Origin: Zancudomyces culisetae HAW-14-8 | Lineage: Eukaryota > Fungi > Kickxellomycota | Direction: 5' to 3' | Length of the DNA: 64,000 bases | Assembly: GCA_052426225.1 (NCBI GenBank) | Contig: JBNJNM010000011.1 | Span: forward strand, 1,984,001 to 2,048,000 | Shown: positions 10,387 to 21,647 of the stretch, piece by piece | How the letters are laid out: every line of letters begins with the position of its first letter | Position numbering within the stretch: the first letter of the stretch is position 1 | Translations under genes and position numbers: made by a program | Notes under the pieces: generated by a model | What the model was told of the DNA's origin: nothing | The model's input: the letters and a program-made list of their open reading frames with translations, nothing else | Databases searched by the model: none

Positions 10387-11607
10387 ATGGAACCGTTTAG
10401 CCCAGAACAAGTTGAATTCCTCAACAACGCCGCCGTGACCCTGCCAGCAGTTGAAGAAGCCCTCCAGCAACTACTAATAAGAGTAGAAAAAGCCGAGTCT
10501 GCCATCAAGGAACACCCTGCCACAGTATCCAAGAAAATTTATGACAAGGTCAAAGCAGACACCACCAAGTCCATCCAGACCATTCTTGACTCCATGAACA
10601 ACCTCCAGTCCGATATCCAGAATTCAGACCAGCTAACCCAAAGCGCCATACAGTCCAACCAGTTGGAGATCCAATCCCTTCAGGACCAGCTCAGTACCCT
10701 CAGGAACGAAGTCATACTTTATATAACTGAAAACCGTGCCACCAAAGTTGCTAGTACTTCTGAACCTAGTATCAAAGTCAGACACCCAGACACATTTTCA
10801 GGAAAACTCTCCGCCTGTTCCAACTTCTTTTCACAGCTTGCTCTCGTCTTTGCCGCTTCACCCGATAAATTCAACACAGACTCAAGTAAAGTCTTGTATG
10901 CCATCTCCTACCTCTCAGGCACACCATTCAGTTACATGGAACCTTACCTCATGAAAGCAAACCTTCCAGAGTCTGATCGTCCTGCCATCCTCTCCAACTA
11001 CAATCTGTTTAAAGAAACTATCACTCATGCCTTTGGTGATCCCAACCCTATTGAGAATGCTGATAGGGCAATCCGCCAACGCCGCCAAACCACTTCCGTT
11101 GCCGCATATGCCACCGAGTTTAGACGCCTACAGATGTTAATTGACTGGAACCAACCACCTTTGATCTCACAGTTTCTATCCGGTCTCAAGTACAACGTAT
11201 CCCAAGAACTCAACCGTAGAGAACCAATAGAAGACATCGATACCCTGATCTCTACAGCCATCCAGATCGACAACCGCCTCTTCAGCCATCCACAACGTCG
11301 TCAACCTCCAGTTAACCCCACTGCAACTATGCCACCCAAACCCACTGCTTACAACCCGTTTGCTTCACCTGTTTCTGCACCATCTACCACTCCACCAGCT
11401 AATAGTGATGGACCTCAACCAATGGATCTCAGTACCGCTTCATCGACTAGAAGACCACCACTTACTCCTGCTCAAAGGGCATACCGTATCGAAAACAACC
11501 TCTGTCTCTATTGTGGCGGTAATGATCATTTCAACATCAACTGTCCAAAGAAACGCCACAACATCTCCAGCATTACACCAACACAGGAAAACGACACCGC
11601 CCAGTAG
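10387..11607 (+). CDS. Element B Gag
   Basis: PDTFSG retrotransposon-gag motif, QTTSVAAYATEFRRL, PMDL, CCHC knuckle CLYCGGNDHFNINC. Confidence 0.95.
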   Translation: MEPFSPEQVEFLNNAAVTLPAVEEALQQLLIRVEKAESAIKEHPATVSKKIYDKVKADTTKSIQTILDSMNNLQSDIQNSDQLTQSAIQSNQLEIQSLQDQLSTLRNEVILYITENRATKVASTSEPSIKVRHPDTFSGKLSACSNFFSQLALVFAASPDKFNTDSSKVLYAISYLSGTPFSYMEPYLMKANLPESDRPAILSNYNLFKETITHAFGDPNPIENADRAIRQRRQTTSVAAYATEFRRLQMLIDWNQPPLISQFLSGLKYNVSQELNRREPIEDIDTLISTAIQIDNRLFSHPQRRQPPVNPTATMPPKPTAYNPFASPVSAPSTTPPANSDGPQPMDLSTASSTRRPPLTPAQRAYRIENNLCLYCGGNDHFNINCPKKRHNISSITPTQENDTAQ

Positions 11608-11624
11608 ACAGTAAGGGACACCTA

Positions 11625-13997
11625 TTGGGCAACTTAGCCAGTCCCCACGCCACTGTAACCACTCCTGTTTCTGACACCCAATCTCCTGATAAACCAAACA
11701 CCTTGACCATTCCTGTAACCATCTTGTCCAAGCACCACCACATCAAAACCTACGCTATGGTTGATTCTGGTGCTTCGTCCTCGTTCATTGACGCCACCTT
11801 TGCTCTAAAAAACAATCTCCCATCTATATCTAGAAAAATGACAATCACTCTCGCTGACGGATCAAAGCTTAGATCCAACTCTGCCTCCCAAGTAACACTA
11901 AAAATCAACGATAACCATCTCGAAAGTATCTATCTGCAACAAATAGACCTTGGATCTTCACCAATCATCCTTGGTCTTTCCTGGCTTCAACAACACAATC
12001 CTGACATCAACTGGACTGAGAACATAGTCCATCTGCCTTGTACCTTGACTTCTTGTGGGCCCAACCATGTCAACCTAGACATATCTCTTGTGGGCTCAAA
12101 CCAGTTTAAAGAACATCTGAAGGCACCAGACACTGTCTATGCTGGTGCAATTACCGTGAACAATCTTGAATCTCTTGTAGCTCCTGAATCTTGTGAAAAT
12201 CTCTGTCTTGTCTCTGAATCTAATCCTAAAACCCCTGTTACTCCTGTAATCCCTGAAAAGTATAAAATGTTTGAATCTGTCTTCTCTGAATCCCAATCTG
12301 CCAAACTGCCTGAACATCGTCCATATGATCATACCATTCCTTTGCTTCCTGACTCAAAGATACCATATGGCCCATTGTACAACCTCTCCCAATTGGAACT
12401 AAAGACCCTGTACGACTACATTCAGGAAAACCTAGCCAATGGTTTTATCCAACGCTCTGAATCCCCGGCTGGGGCTCCAGTCCTATTTGTAAAAAAGAAA
12501 GATGGTAGTCTCCGGTTGTGCGTCGACTATAGAGCCCTGAATAAGATCACTGTCCCCAACCGTGCTGCCTTGCCACTCATCTCTGAAACCTTGGATCGGC
12601 TTGGCAAAGCCAAGATATTCACCAAGCTGGATATGAAATCCGCATACCACATGATCAGGATCTCGCCTGGTGAAGAATGGAAGACCGCGTTTCGTACACG
12701 CTACGGCCACTTCGAGTATAAGGTCATGCCGTTTGGCCTTATGAATGCTCCAGCCACGTTCCAGTCCTTTGTTAACGATCTCTTCCGTGAATACATTGAT
12801 CAATTCCTTGTTGTGTACATCGATGATCTGTTAATCTACTCAGATGATATCGATAAGCACTATGACCACGTCTGCCTTGTCTTGAAGAAGCTTCAGGAAC
12901 ACAATCTCACCCTCAAGCTAGAGAAATGTGAGTTTGATGTACAATCAGTACAGTTCCTCGGTTTTGTAATTGGCCCCAACGGAATCTCCATGGATCCATC
13001 AAAAGTATCCAGCGTCACCGAGTGGAAGACACCAACTTGTGTCCGTGACGTTCAGGTATTCCTTGGCCTTACAAACTTCTACCGCCGTTTTATTCTAAAC
13101 TACTCCAAGATATCTCTGCCGCTCACCGCCTTGTTGAAAAAAGGTGTCCAATTCCAGTGGACACCCAAAGCTGAAGAAGCTTTCGCCTTGCTAAAAGAAA
13201 CCATGATCAGTAACCCAGTCTTAGCTCACTACAATCCTGACCAGCCTTGTATCATTGAAACCGATGCATCAGATTTTGCATTAGGTGCCATTTGCAGCCA
13301 GTATGACAACGAGGGACAACTCCACCCTGTTGCATACTACTCCCGGAAACTCCTGCCTGCTGAAGTGAATTATCAAATCTATGATAAGGAACTGTTAGCA
13401 ATTATCGACGCTTTTGCTCACTGGCGTCACTACCTTGAATTTTCTGTACACCCAACCGTTGTTATGACCGACCATAAAAACTTGGAATACTTCTCCACTA
13501 CCAGAAATCTTAGTCGCCGCCAAGTCAGATGGTCAGAATACCTCAGTAACTTCAACTTTGTCATCAAGTACCGCCCTGGAAAACAGAACACTGCCGCCGA
13601 TGCTCTTTCTCGGAAAGACCAACCTTGGAAGGGGGGTGACTCCCGTACTGACCAAAACAAAATAACTTTGCTGCCTCCTGAAATCTTCTTGAAGTCCATG
13701 ACTAGTACACCTGTTGAACCTTTGTCCTCCACGCTCATGAACAACATCAAGTCACTACAACCCAAAGACACGTACTTTGGACCCATTTACACTGACTTAT
13801 CCAAGAAACCTGATTCCCATGAAAAGTTCGCTCTTGTTGACAATCTTCTGCACTATGATGGACTAATCTGTATCCCCTCAGACGACAACATCAAAAGAAC
13901 AATTCTGATTGAATGCCATAATTCCGCTGCTGCCGGCCACTTTGAAATGCAAAGACATACGAACTTGTATCTCGCAACTTTTACTGGCCAACCATGA
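11625..13997 (+). CDS. Element B Pol (protease-RT-RNase H), -1 frame relative to gag
   Basis: VDSGA, YIDD and ETDAS motifs; frame open back across the gag stop; 1-nt frameshift near 13945 (GHF-G motif). Confidence 0.95.
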   Translation: MGNLASPHATVTTPVSDTQSPDKPNTLTIPVTILSKHHHIKTYAMVDSGASSSFIDATFALKNNLPSISRKMTITLADGSKLRSNSASQVTLKINDNHLESIYLQQIDLGSSPIILGLSWLQQHNPDINWTENIVHLPCTLTSCGPNHVNLDISLVGSNQFKEHLKAPDTVYAGAITVNNLESLVAPESCENLCLVSESNPKTPVTPVIPEKYKMFESVFSESQSAKLPEHRPYDHTIPLLPDSKIPYGPLYNLSQLELKTLYDYIQENLANGFIQRSESPAGAPVLFVKKKDGSLRLCVDYRALNKITVPNRAALPLISETLDRLGKAKIFTKLDMKSAYHMIRISPGEEWKTAFRTRYGHFEYKVMPFGLMNAPATFQSFVNDLFREYIDQFLVVYIDDLLIYSDDIDKHYDHVCLVLKKLQEHNLTLKLEKCEFDVQSVQFLGFVIGPNGISMDPSKVSSVTEWKTPTCVRDVQVFLGLTNFYRRFILNYSKISLPLTALLKKGVQFQWTPKAEEAFALLKETMISNPVLAHYNPDQPCIIETDASDFALGAICSQYDNEGQLHPVAYYSRKLLPAEVNYQIYDKELLAIIDAFAHWRHYLEFSVHPTVVMTDHKNLEYFSTTRNLSRRQVRWSEYLSNFNFVIKYRPGKQNTAADALSRKDQPWKGGDSRTDQNKITLLPPEIFLKSMTSTPVEPLSSTLMNNIKSLQPKDTYFGPIYTDLSKKPDSHEKFALVDNLLHYDGLICIPSDDNIKRTILIECHNSAAAGHFEMQRHTNLYLATFTGQP

Positions 13998-15097
13998 GAA
14001 AATATATCAAAGACTACATCTCTGGTTGCGATACCTGTCAACGCAACAAATCCTCTCGCCATAAACCATATGGCTACCTCGCTCCACTTCCCGTTCCTGA
14101 TTCACCTTGGTCATCTGTTTCTGTCGACTTCATCACTCAGCTACCTCCATCCAATAACTTTACTGCAATCTGTGTATTTGTGGATCGCCTTACCAAGATG
14201 GCGCATTTTGTTCTCACAACCAATGAAATTGATGCTGAAGGTACTGCAGATCTATTTATCCAACATGTCTTCTGCAAACATGGGCTCCCTAAAGACATCG
14301 TATCTGATAGAGGTGTAACCTTCAACTCATCATTCATGCGTACTCTAATGAAATCTCTGAATATTGAACAGAAAATGTCCACTGCATTCCATCCTCAGAC
14401 AGATGGACAAACTGAACGCGTAAACTCAGTATTGGAACAGTATCTCAGGTGCTACATTGATTACCAACAAACTGATTGGTCAAAGTGGTTACCAATTGCT
14501 GAATTCGCCTACAACAACACATCTCATGCTTCTACTAAGACCACACCTTTCTACGCCAACTATGGCTTCCATCCACGCTTCTCAGTCACAATCCCTCGTA
14601 CTCAAGTTTTAAATCCTGCTTCCTCTGATAGATCCAAACGACTATCTGATATCCACCAAGAACTAAAGTTTAACATCTCCCTTGCCCTTGAAGACCATGA
14701 GAAATACTACAACCGAAAAGTATCATCACAACCTGACTTCAACATTGATGATCTTGTCTATCTCTCAACTAAAAACATCAGGACTCAAAGACCAAGCAAG
14801 AAGCTTGACTATCGGAAACTTGGTCCATTCAAAGTATTGGAAAAGATTGGACAAAGATCATACAAACTTCAGCTACCACACACAATGAAGATTCACCCAG
14901 TATTCCACGTCAATCTCCTTGAACCTTGTAAACCAGATCTGATCCCAGACAGACCATCAAAACCGCTTCCACCTGTGATCATTGATGGTCAAGAAGAATA
15001 TGAAGTTGAGAAAATCCTAGACAGTAAAATATTTGGTAGAACTGTCAAATACCTGGTACACTGGAAAGGATACCCAGACACTGAACGTACCTGGTAA
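13994..15097 (+). CDS. Element B integrase with C-terminal chromodomain (premature stop)
   Basis: CDTC, VDFI, SDRG, TDGQTER, GPF, then EYEVEKILDS..YLVHWKGY..TW*; chromodomain-like sequence continues past the stop. Confidence 0.93.
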   Translation: MRKYIKDYISGCDTCQRNKSSRHKPYGYLAPLPVPDSPWSSVSVDFITQLPPSNNFTAICVFVDRLTKMAHFVLTTNEIDAEGTADLFIQHVFCKHGLPKDIVSDRGVTFNSSFMRTLMKSLNIEQKMSTAFHPQTDGQTERVNSVLEQYLRCYIDYQQTDWSKWLPIAEFAYNNTSHASTKTTPFYANYGFHPRFSVTIPRTQVLNPASSDRSKRLSDIHQELKFNISLALEDHEKYYNRKVSSQPDFNIDDLVYLSTKNIRTQRPSKKLDYRKLGPFKVLEKIGQRSYKLQLPHTMKIHPVFHVNLLEPCKPDLIPDRPSKPLPPVIIDGQEEYEVEKILDSKIFGRTVKYLVHWKGYPDTERTW

Positions 15098-15631
15098 ACA
15101 TATTCTGACTTAGCAAATGCAAAATATCTTGTCACTGAATTCCATCGTCACCATCCTGAAAAACCAAAGCCACCACAAATGCTTCACGGAGCTCAGCCTT
15201 AAGAGGGGAGGTCGTGTCATGAACTGATTCTAGAATGTTCGAAAACGTTCTAGAATCATCTGATTTTATTCCGCAGTAATGTTTAGAATGTTGGGAAACA
15301 TTCTAGAACATTTCCGAAAATTCACATTATTTATTAATTTTTCTTACGTAATAATTTTCACATGTTTAATTTTATTAGCATTCGAGTTTGATTTTTGTTT
15401 GATTACTAATTCAAATTGATTAGTAATCAAACACGTTTTACTTTAACTTGCATTTTTAGCTATTCCGCAGTTTTCATAGTGATTTTGTTCAAAAACCAAG
15501 GCTGGAAAAAAGTATAAAAAGGGTACAATTTTCCTGTCTTGGATTCAGTATCTAGTATCTTGTATACATTCATACAATAAACTTTAATAATAATAAATAT
15601 AACTCTCCTGACTCCAGATCTTGACAGAATT

Positions 15632-16135
15632 ATTCAGTGCTATACAAAACTAAGCCATCACATAAGCTGATAGTTTTGATAACTTATTTAACTACTGTAA
15701 TATATAGTAGATATATTAAGTTATCTGATATAATTTTCAGCTAATGTGATGGCTGAGTTTGGTATAGCACTGATTGTGTCAGTTATACTCAGGTCTCGGA
15801 TCACTTAACTAGTTCTGTTTGCCGTAATATGAATGTTTTTATTAACTTTTATTATTGTTGTAATAATAATAAAACACTAAGTAAACTATCTCAATGAAGT
15901 GTTAATTTCAATTACTAAGTATGTAAAAAACGTATATGTAAAGTATATTCTGTTAAGAAAGGCTGCCGATGCTATTTTCGTTGTCCGCTCTTGTTTTATT
16001 CGGTTTGTTATTCACTTTACTATCTTTGATCATTTTTACTATATATTCTGGTAGCTATCATTGGTAGTTATCTTCTACTAAGGAATCGCAATTGATTCGC
16101 TAACAAAAAGTATGTAGCCGTTATACTACACTACA
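15632..16135. repeat. Palindromic element copy 2 (left arm cut by solo LTR; remainder at ~32284-32345)
   Basis: CAGTGCTATACAAAACTAAGCCATCACATAAGCTGA ... TCAGCTAATGTGATGGCTGAGTTTGGTATAGCACTG inverted about ~15705; right arm matches ~2808-3195. Confidence 0.8.
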
Positions 16136-16237
16136 ATTTATTAAATATTTTTTATCTATATAATATTATTTCTCTAAGAAAATATTGTAAGAGTTTTATA
16201 ATAATAAATGCAAAATTACTTAAAAAAAATTATATTA

Positions 16238-16318
16238 TCCGAGAACCCGGATTTGAACCAGGGACCTAGAGATACCAATATACTACAGTCTCCCGCTCTA
16301 CCGCTGAGCTATTCTCGG
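16238..16318 (-). tRNA. tRNA-Tyr(GTA) with 9-nt intron (16274-16282)
   Basis: Reverse complement CCGAGAATAGCTCAGCGGTAGAGCGGGAGACT-GTA-G[TATATTGGT]ATCTCTAGGTCCCTGGTTCAAATCCGGGTTCTCGGA; 72 nt after splicing. Confidence 0.96.
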
Positions 16319-16326
16319 TTGTGTAT

Positions 16327-19300
16327 TGTTAACTTTCGACCCTTTTCTGCTAGTAGTCGTAGTTATTCGTATTTAGTTGGTTTAAAATTTAATAGAAAAG
16401 TTAATTATCTACTTGTTTTGTTCGAAACTCTAACTAACTATTAAGACTTGCTTATTATTTTGGTTATTATTCTTTATTTTTTATTGCTAAAAAGTTGTTA
16501 TCCTAAAAGTTATTCTTCCAAACTATAAATAAAATTTATATATAAACTATTATTTTTCCATCTATTTTGTTATCTCAATTTTTTTGTGTTATCAATTTTT
16601 GTTTTGTAATTTCTTGGCTCATTAAAAAAACCCAAATTGTTAGGGAAAAAAGAGTCCAATTTTTCCACTAATTTTAATATAGTAATTTATCAGAATTGAC
16701 TTTGTCAATTCGTATTTTTTATAATATATAATTAATTATGCAACAGAACCCCCATCCCAAATTGGACGTACAGGGTTTTTAAAACGCTGCAACTTCGATC
16801 TAAGCTGTGTAGTAACTTCAGGAACCATTCGATTACTATGGAAAAAACTTTTCAGTGAATCGCCATTCACAATGTCACGATTTCCATCCGAATCTGCGAT
16901 CAGGTAAGCACCTAAATTTAGTTTTTTCAACACTCGGTATGGACCTTCCCATACCTCCTGAAACTTGTCGGTAACGTGTTCAATCAGTTTTAAGACCATT
17001 TCGTCAACTTTGAAATTTACTAATCTTACTCTTCGGTCATATATTAACTTCATATTTTGCTTTGCTTTGACACTTTTTTGATAGCCTATGCTTCGTAGTT
17101 CGGGTATACTGGTGTTTATGGCTGCAATTCTTTCCTGGATGGCGAGATCTAAATCGCTGATTTCGGCCGGCGGAGACCATAACGCAGGCGTACTTAACTT
17201 TACTCCGTATAGTAGTTCGGCCGGGCTCATGCCTGTGCTTCTGTTTCTCATTGTCCTGATAACCAGTAGCGACTTCCATAAGTAAGAGTCCCAATTGTTT
17301 TTGTCTGCTTTGCATTGTCTTGCTAACGTATTTTTTAGGGTTTGGTTCAGGCGCTCGACCTGACCATTTGACTGCGGGCGATACGGTGTGGATGGTGTAT
17401 GTTTAATTCCGAGGTACTTATAAACTGTGTCTGCTGCTTCGCTGATAAAACCCGAGCCTCTATCAGTGATTATTTGATCGGGGGTACCGTAGTACTGAAC
17501 TATGTGAGTTATTATAAAGTTAATTATAGTATCCGATTTTATATTTTCTACGGCCTCAGCTACAGGCCAGCGCGTAAAATAGTCAATGCCCGTGAGAATG
17601 TAACGGTTTCCTTGAGCAGATACTGGACTAATAGGGCCAACTGCATCTAGTCCAAAGATGCCAAAAGGTTTGTGGACGTATATCGGCTGAAGCTCGTTGT
17701 TCCTATTGCGATTTCCAATATATCTCTGACATACTAGACATTCTTTTACTACTTTTTTAACAGTTTTAAATAAATCGTTTCCTGTATACTTCTCTGCGAT
17801 TCTCCTCCACGTATTCTCGATTCCTTGATGAGACTCGTCATGAATCTCTTTAACCTTTTCAGTTATGTTATTTCTTAATAAAACTTCCTTCCAAACTTCC
17901 TTACATAATTTGAATAATTTGTTGTTGATAAGCTTGAATTTTTTAGATAAATAATTAATCTTTTTCTTTGACACTTCGTCGCTTTGCTCTGGGTACCTAT
18001 TATTTAGTAAATATTCTAAAATAGTTTCGTTAGATATTTTTGTTACAGAAAATACATCTATAACTTCCTCAACCGATGTAGTAGGTTCTAATCTTGATAG
18101 GGCATCAGCGGGGTTTGACTTTCCTTTGCAATGGACAATTGTATAGTCATAATTTCGAAGAATCATAGCCCACCTGGCTACTCTTCCGGCTATATCTTTT
18201 CCATTGAACAAATTCAGTAAAGCTTTATGGTCCGTACGTATAGTGAAATGGCGTCCCCACAGGTAATGTTTGAATTTTTTTACGCCCCAAATTACAGCTA
18301 AACCCTCGAGATGGGTAATAGAGTAATTTCTCTCATGCTTGTTTGTGGTTTTACTAGCAAAACAAATAGGTCTCTCGCCAAGTTCCGAAGATTGTGAAAG
18401 TATAGCACCAACGCCTTCAATTGAAGCGTCAGTGGTAAGTATAAACTCTGAATCCCAATTTGGATGAGCTAATGTGGGTGCGGTACAAAGGCTTTGTTTT
18501 AATAAATTAACTGCATTTTCTTGTTCAATAGACCATTTCCAAGTGTTTTCTTTCCTAAGTAGTTTGACTAAAGGCGCGGAAATCAATGCATAACGGTCCA
18601 CGAATTTGCGATAATACCCGACTAGACCGAGAAAAGATTGTAGTTCCTTGACGTTATTAGGTACCTTTGCTTCTGTAATTGCTTTTATTTTATCATTTGT
18701 AGTACCAATTCCCTCAGAAGACACGGTATGTCCCAAGTAACACAATTTATTCATTCCTAATAAACACTTATCACTATGCAGTTGAATTTTATGTTGTCTA
18801 AGTAGCTCAAATACCTTTTTTAAATCCTCCACATGCTGCTCAACTGACTGAGAGTAAATAATAATGTCGTCAATAAAAACGACTGCGATCTTCCAAAGTA
18901 CTGGCGAAAGGGCTTTCTCCATAAGTCGTTGAAAAGAGGCCGGGCTGTTTGTCAGCCCAAACGGCATGACATTGTAGCAGTAGCTACCGCCTCCAGGGAT
19001 TGCAAACGCGGTTTTTAATCTGTCTTTGGCTGCCATTCTTATTTGCCAAAACCCAGATAGCGCGTCTAAGCTGGTAAATATTTTGCTTCCGGCAAGCGAC
19101 ATAAATATATCATCTATAGTAGGTAACGGATAACAATCCTTTTTGGTTACCTGGTTCAGCTTCCTATAATCTGCACATATCCTTAACCTGCCATTCTTTT
19201 TATAAACTGTTACGACTGGCGAACACCACTCTGAATAACACGGTGAAATTATTCCTTTATTCTCCATTTCAATTAACTCATTTCTAACCTTTTCTTGCAT

Positions 19301-21643
19301 ATGATAGGGAATTCTGTATGGGCGCTGCTTGATCGGTGTATGATCTGTTAGTTCAATACTATGCTCTGTGAGATTAGTTTGGGTAAGCTCCCCTATGTCT
19401 TCAACAAAGATATCAGCATATTGCTCTCGTAGTTTGATAAACCTTTCATTCTCGATTTGCTTGTTATCACTTTCAACACCATTTTCACTCTTCACCATAA
19501 AATATAGCTCAGTTTCTTGTGGCCAGTAAGTCGTATCTTCTGCAAGTATTTTCATTGGTATAACTAATATTTCTGAATGTGTGTGTATCTTTAGTTCTCT
19601 GCTTCTTGGATCTATAATCCCGTGGTGCCTATACAACCAATCTGTGCCGAGAATTAAAGTACTTCCTTTGCGATTCATAACTATGAGCTCTGCTTCTAGT
19701 AAGTGATTTCCTATAGTTATAGGTACTTTGTTCATAACACCTTCAGTGAGATGTTTTGTTCCATCAGCTGTTACCAACACTTGTCTGTGCCAACCCTCTG
19801 GTTCTATGCCCCACTGCTCAACCATGCTTGGTGTAGTTACAGAACAAGCGGCTCCAGAGTCAACAACAGCCCAATAGTTTTTGTTGAATACCGTGACCAT
19901 GACCCGGCAGTTGCTGATTTTTTGTGGTAATATCCTGATTTCATTTACTTCTTGTTTTTTTATTTTTTTAGAAAGACTATTAAACTCTGTTGCTATGGTA
20001 GGAGAAACGGCTATTAACTGAGGTAGACTAATCTTTGGATAAAACTGGTTAAATTCAGATTGTAGATTGAATGGCTCGACGTTTTCGATAATGCGCTGGA
20101 TGGTTTTCTGTTTTTTATTCACTATAGTGACTTCAGGTGTAACTTCCATATCCATGTCCACAACATTATCTGTTATAGTTGCCTCAGGTTTTATAATAAC
20201 AGGTTTCATCTTTCTAACTGGTTTATTATCACTTATATATGGCTTACTGATATTTGATTTAGCTTTTTGCCTTTGCACTAAGTAAACATCATTATCTGGC
20301 GTGTCATCAGTGTCAATATCCGTGTCATCGACTGGTAGTAACTCAATAGTGCTGATTTCTTTTTTACTTTGTACCTCATCTGTTTTGGTAGTTCCAATCT
20401 TTGTACACTGACTCTTGTAGTGTCCTGTTGTTCTACAGATAGAACAGTACGGTGGCCTTTGATAACGCTGTTGCATACTTTTACTTATAGCAATGTCAAT
20501 TTTCTTTTCAACAACCTCTTCGACTTTTGAAAGTAAGTTTATACTCCATTCTTCCATCTTGGATATCATCTCATCATAACCAATCTTTTGATCAGTCATT
20601 TCTTTTATTGGTTTGCCAGGTCCGGTTAGTCTGTAAGATTTTGATGTAGATGAATTTGTCTCTGCGATGTCTGTAGAATTGTAACTAGGGGTATCTATAT
20701 CCAGATTTATGGCATTTATGATAGTATCCCACTCTTGATAATTTGATTCTAGGACTCTTGCTTTATATTTTGGACTCAATGCACTGATTAACCAATTGAC
20801 CTTATGTTTGTCATCTGTTATACCAGATTTTTGTAGAGCTATTTCTAAAGCATACTCAAATTCGTCAACAGAATTGTAACCTGACTGACAAATGCTTTTT
20901 AGTGTCTCGATTGACTGATGAGCTTTGATTTTATTTATGAACTTTTTATTGAATGAAGAAACGACAGAATTCCAATCGGTGAATGTACTCTTTTGCCTAA
21001 TATACCAAATCTTTTCACGGTTACCTAGATGTGCAGGTAAATATTTTATTAGATCTTCGTCAGACCAATTTCTGAGTCTGGCACTCAAACTGTACGAATC
21101 AATCCAATCTTCTGGGTTGTCAATTTCTGAGTTAAACTTTTCAACTAGTGTCATGTTTGATTTAAAGGTGTTTATTTAATATTTTAGCTATAAAACGGAC
21201 TCCAAGTCCTGGCTGGATCACCACTGTTAACTTTCGACCCTTTTCTGCTAGTAGTCGTAGTTATTCGTATTTAGTTGGTTTAAAATTTAATAGAAAAGTT
21301 AATTATCTACTTGTTTTGTTCGAAACTCTAACTAACTATTAAGACTTGCTTATTATTTTGGTTATTATTCTTTATTTTTTATTGCTAAAAAGTTGTTATC
21401 CTAAAAGTTATTCTTCCAAACTATAAATAAAATTTATATATAAACTATTTTTTTTCCATCTATTTTGTTATCTCAATTTTTTTGTGTTATCAATTTTTGT
21501 TTTGTAATTTCTTGGCTCATTAAAAAAACCCAAATTGTTAGGGAAAAAAGAGTCCAATTTTTCCACTAATTTTAATATAGTAATTTATCAGAATTGACTT
21601 TGTCAATTCGTATTTTTTATAATATATAATTAATTATGCAACA
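16327..21643 (-). mobile_element. Intact Ty3/Gypsy element D inserted 8 nt upstream of tRNA-Tyr
   Basis: 419-bp LTRs at 16327-16745 and 21225-21643 (one visible mismatch), 4-bp TSD GTAT (16323-16326, 21644-21647), PBS 21206-21223, PPT adjacent to 16746. Confidence 0.98.
16736..21154 (-). CDS. Element D single-ORF Gag-Pol, 1472 aa, uninterrupted
   Basis: CCHC CSICRTTGHYKSQC, VDSGA, FIDD, TDAS, integrase core, WEGPY; the stop codon lies inside the 3' LTR. Confidence 0.97.
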   Translation of the reverse strand: MTLVEKFNSEIDNPEDWIDSYSLSARLRNWSDEDLIKYLPAHLGNREKIWYIRQKSTFTDWNSVVSSFNKKFINKIKAHQSIETLKSICQSGYNSVDEFEYALEIALQKSGITDDKHKVNWLISALSPKYKARVLESNYQEWDTIINAINLDIDTPSYNSTDIAETNSSTSKSYRLTGPGKPIKEMTDQKIGYDEMISKMEEWSINLLSKVEEVVEKKIDIAISKSMQQRYQRPPYCSICRTTGHYKSQCTKIGTTKTDEVQSKKEISTIELLPVDDTDIDTDDTPDNDVYLVQRQKAKSNISKPYISDNKPVRKMKPVIIKPEATITDNVVDMDMEVTPEVTIVNKKQKTIQRIIENVEPFNLQSEFNQFYPKISLPQLIAVSPTIATEFNSLSKKIKKQEVNEIRILPQKISNCRVMVTVFNKNYWAVVDSGAACSVTTPSMVEQWGIEPEGWHRQVLVTADGTKHLTEGVMNKVPITIGNHLLEAELIVMNRKGSTLILGTDWLYRHHGIIDPRSRELKIHTHSEILVIPMKILAEDTTYWPQETELYFMVKSENGVESDNKQIENERFIKLREQYADIFVEDIGELTQTNLTEHSIELTDHTPIKQRPYRIPYHMQEKVRNELIEMENKGIISPCYSEWCSPVVTVYKKNGRLRICADYRKLNQVTKKDCYPLPTIDDIFMSLAGSKIFTSLDALSGFWQIRMAAKDRLKTAFAIPGGGSYCYNVMPFGLTNSPASFQRLMEKALSPVLWKIAVVFIDDIIIYSQSVEQHVEDLKKVFELLRQHKIQLHSDKCLLGMNKLCYLGHTVSSEGIGTTNDKIKAITEAKVPNNVKELQSFLGLVGYYRKFVDRYALISAPLVKLLRKENTWKWSIEQENAVNLLKQSLCTAPTLAHPNWDSEFILTTDASIEGVGAILSQSSELGERPICFASKTTNKHERNYSITHLEGLAVIWGVKKFKHYLWGRHFTIRTDHKALLNLFNGKDIAGRVARWAMILRNYDYTIVHCKGKSNPADALSRLEPTTSVEEVIDVFSVTKISNETILEYLLNNRYPEQSDEVSKKKINYLSKKFKLINNKLFKLCKEVWKEVLLRNNITEKVKEIHDESHQGIENTWRRIAEKYTGNDLFKTVKKVVKECLVCQRYIGNRNRNNELQPIYVHKPFGIFGLDAVGPISPVSAQGNRYILTGIDYFTRWPVAEAVENIKSDTIINFIITHIVQYYGTPDQIITDRGSGFISEAADTVYKYLGIKHTPSTPYRPQSNGQVERLNQTLKNTLARQCKADKNNWDSYLWKSLLVIRTMRNRSTGMSPAELLYGVKLSTPALWSPPAEISDLDLAIQERIAAINTSIPELRSIGYQKSVKAKQNMKLIYDRRVRLVNFKVDEMVLKLIEHVTDKFQEVWEGPYRVLKKLNLGAYLIADSDGNRDIVNGDSLKSFFHSNRMVPEVTTQLRSKLQRFKNPVRPIWDGGSVA

Positions 21644-21647
21644 GTAT

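Larger units (their letters stand above)
9915..15626 (+). mobile_element. Chromodomain Ty3/Gypsy element B (Tf1/sushi-like), nested in 3' LTR of A
   Basis: 412-bp LTRs at 9915-10326 and 15215-15626 (one visible mismatch), PPT AAGAGGGGAGG, left TSD GATAA (9910-9914). Confidence 0.97.

Noticed and set aside
15095-15097. Programmed readthrough in chromodomains of B (15095) and F (41776)
   Set aside because: Different stop codons at adjacent positions (GAA>TAA, TGG>TGA) in copies that carry other lesions; H reads through (SWERE). Mutation is sufficient.
16208-16444. 78-aa ORF
   Set aside because: Overlaps tRNA-Tyr and the D LTR; spurious.
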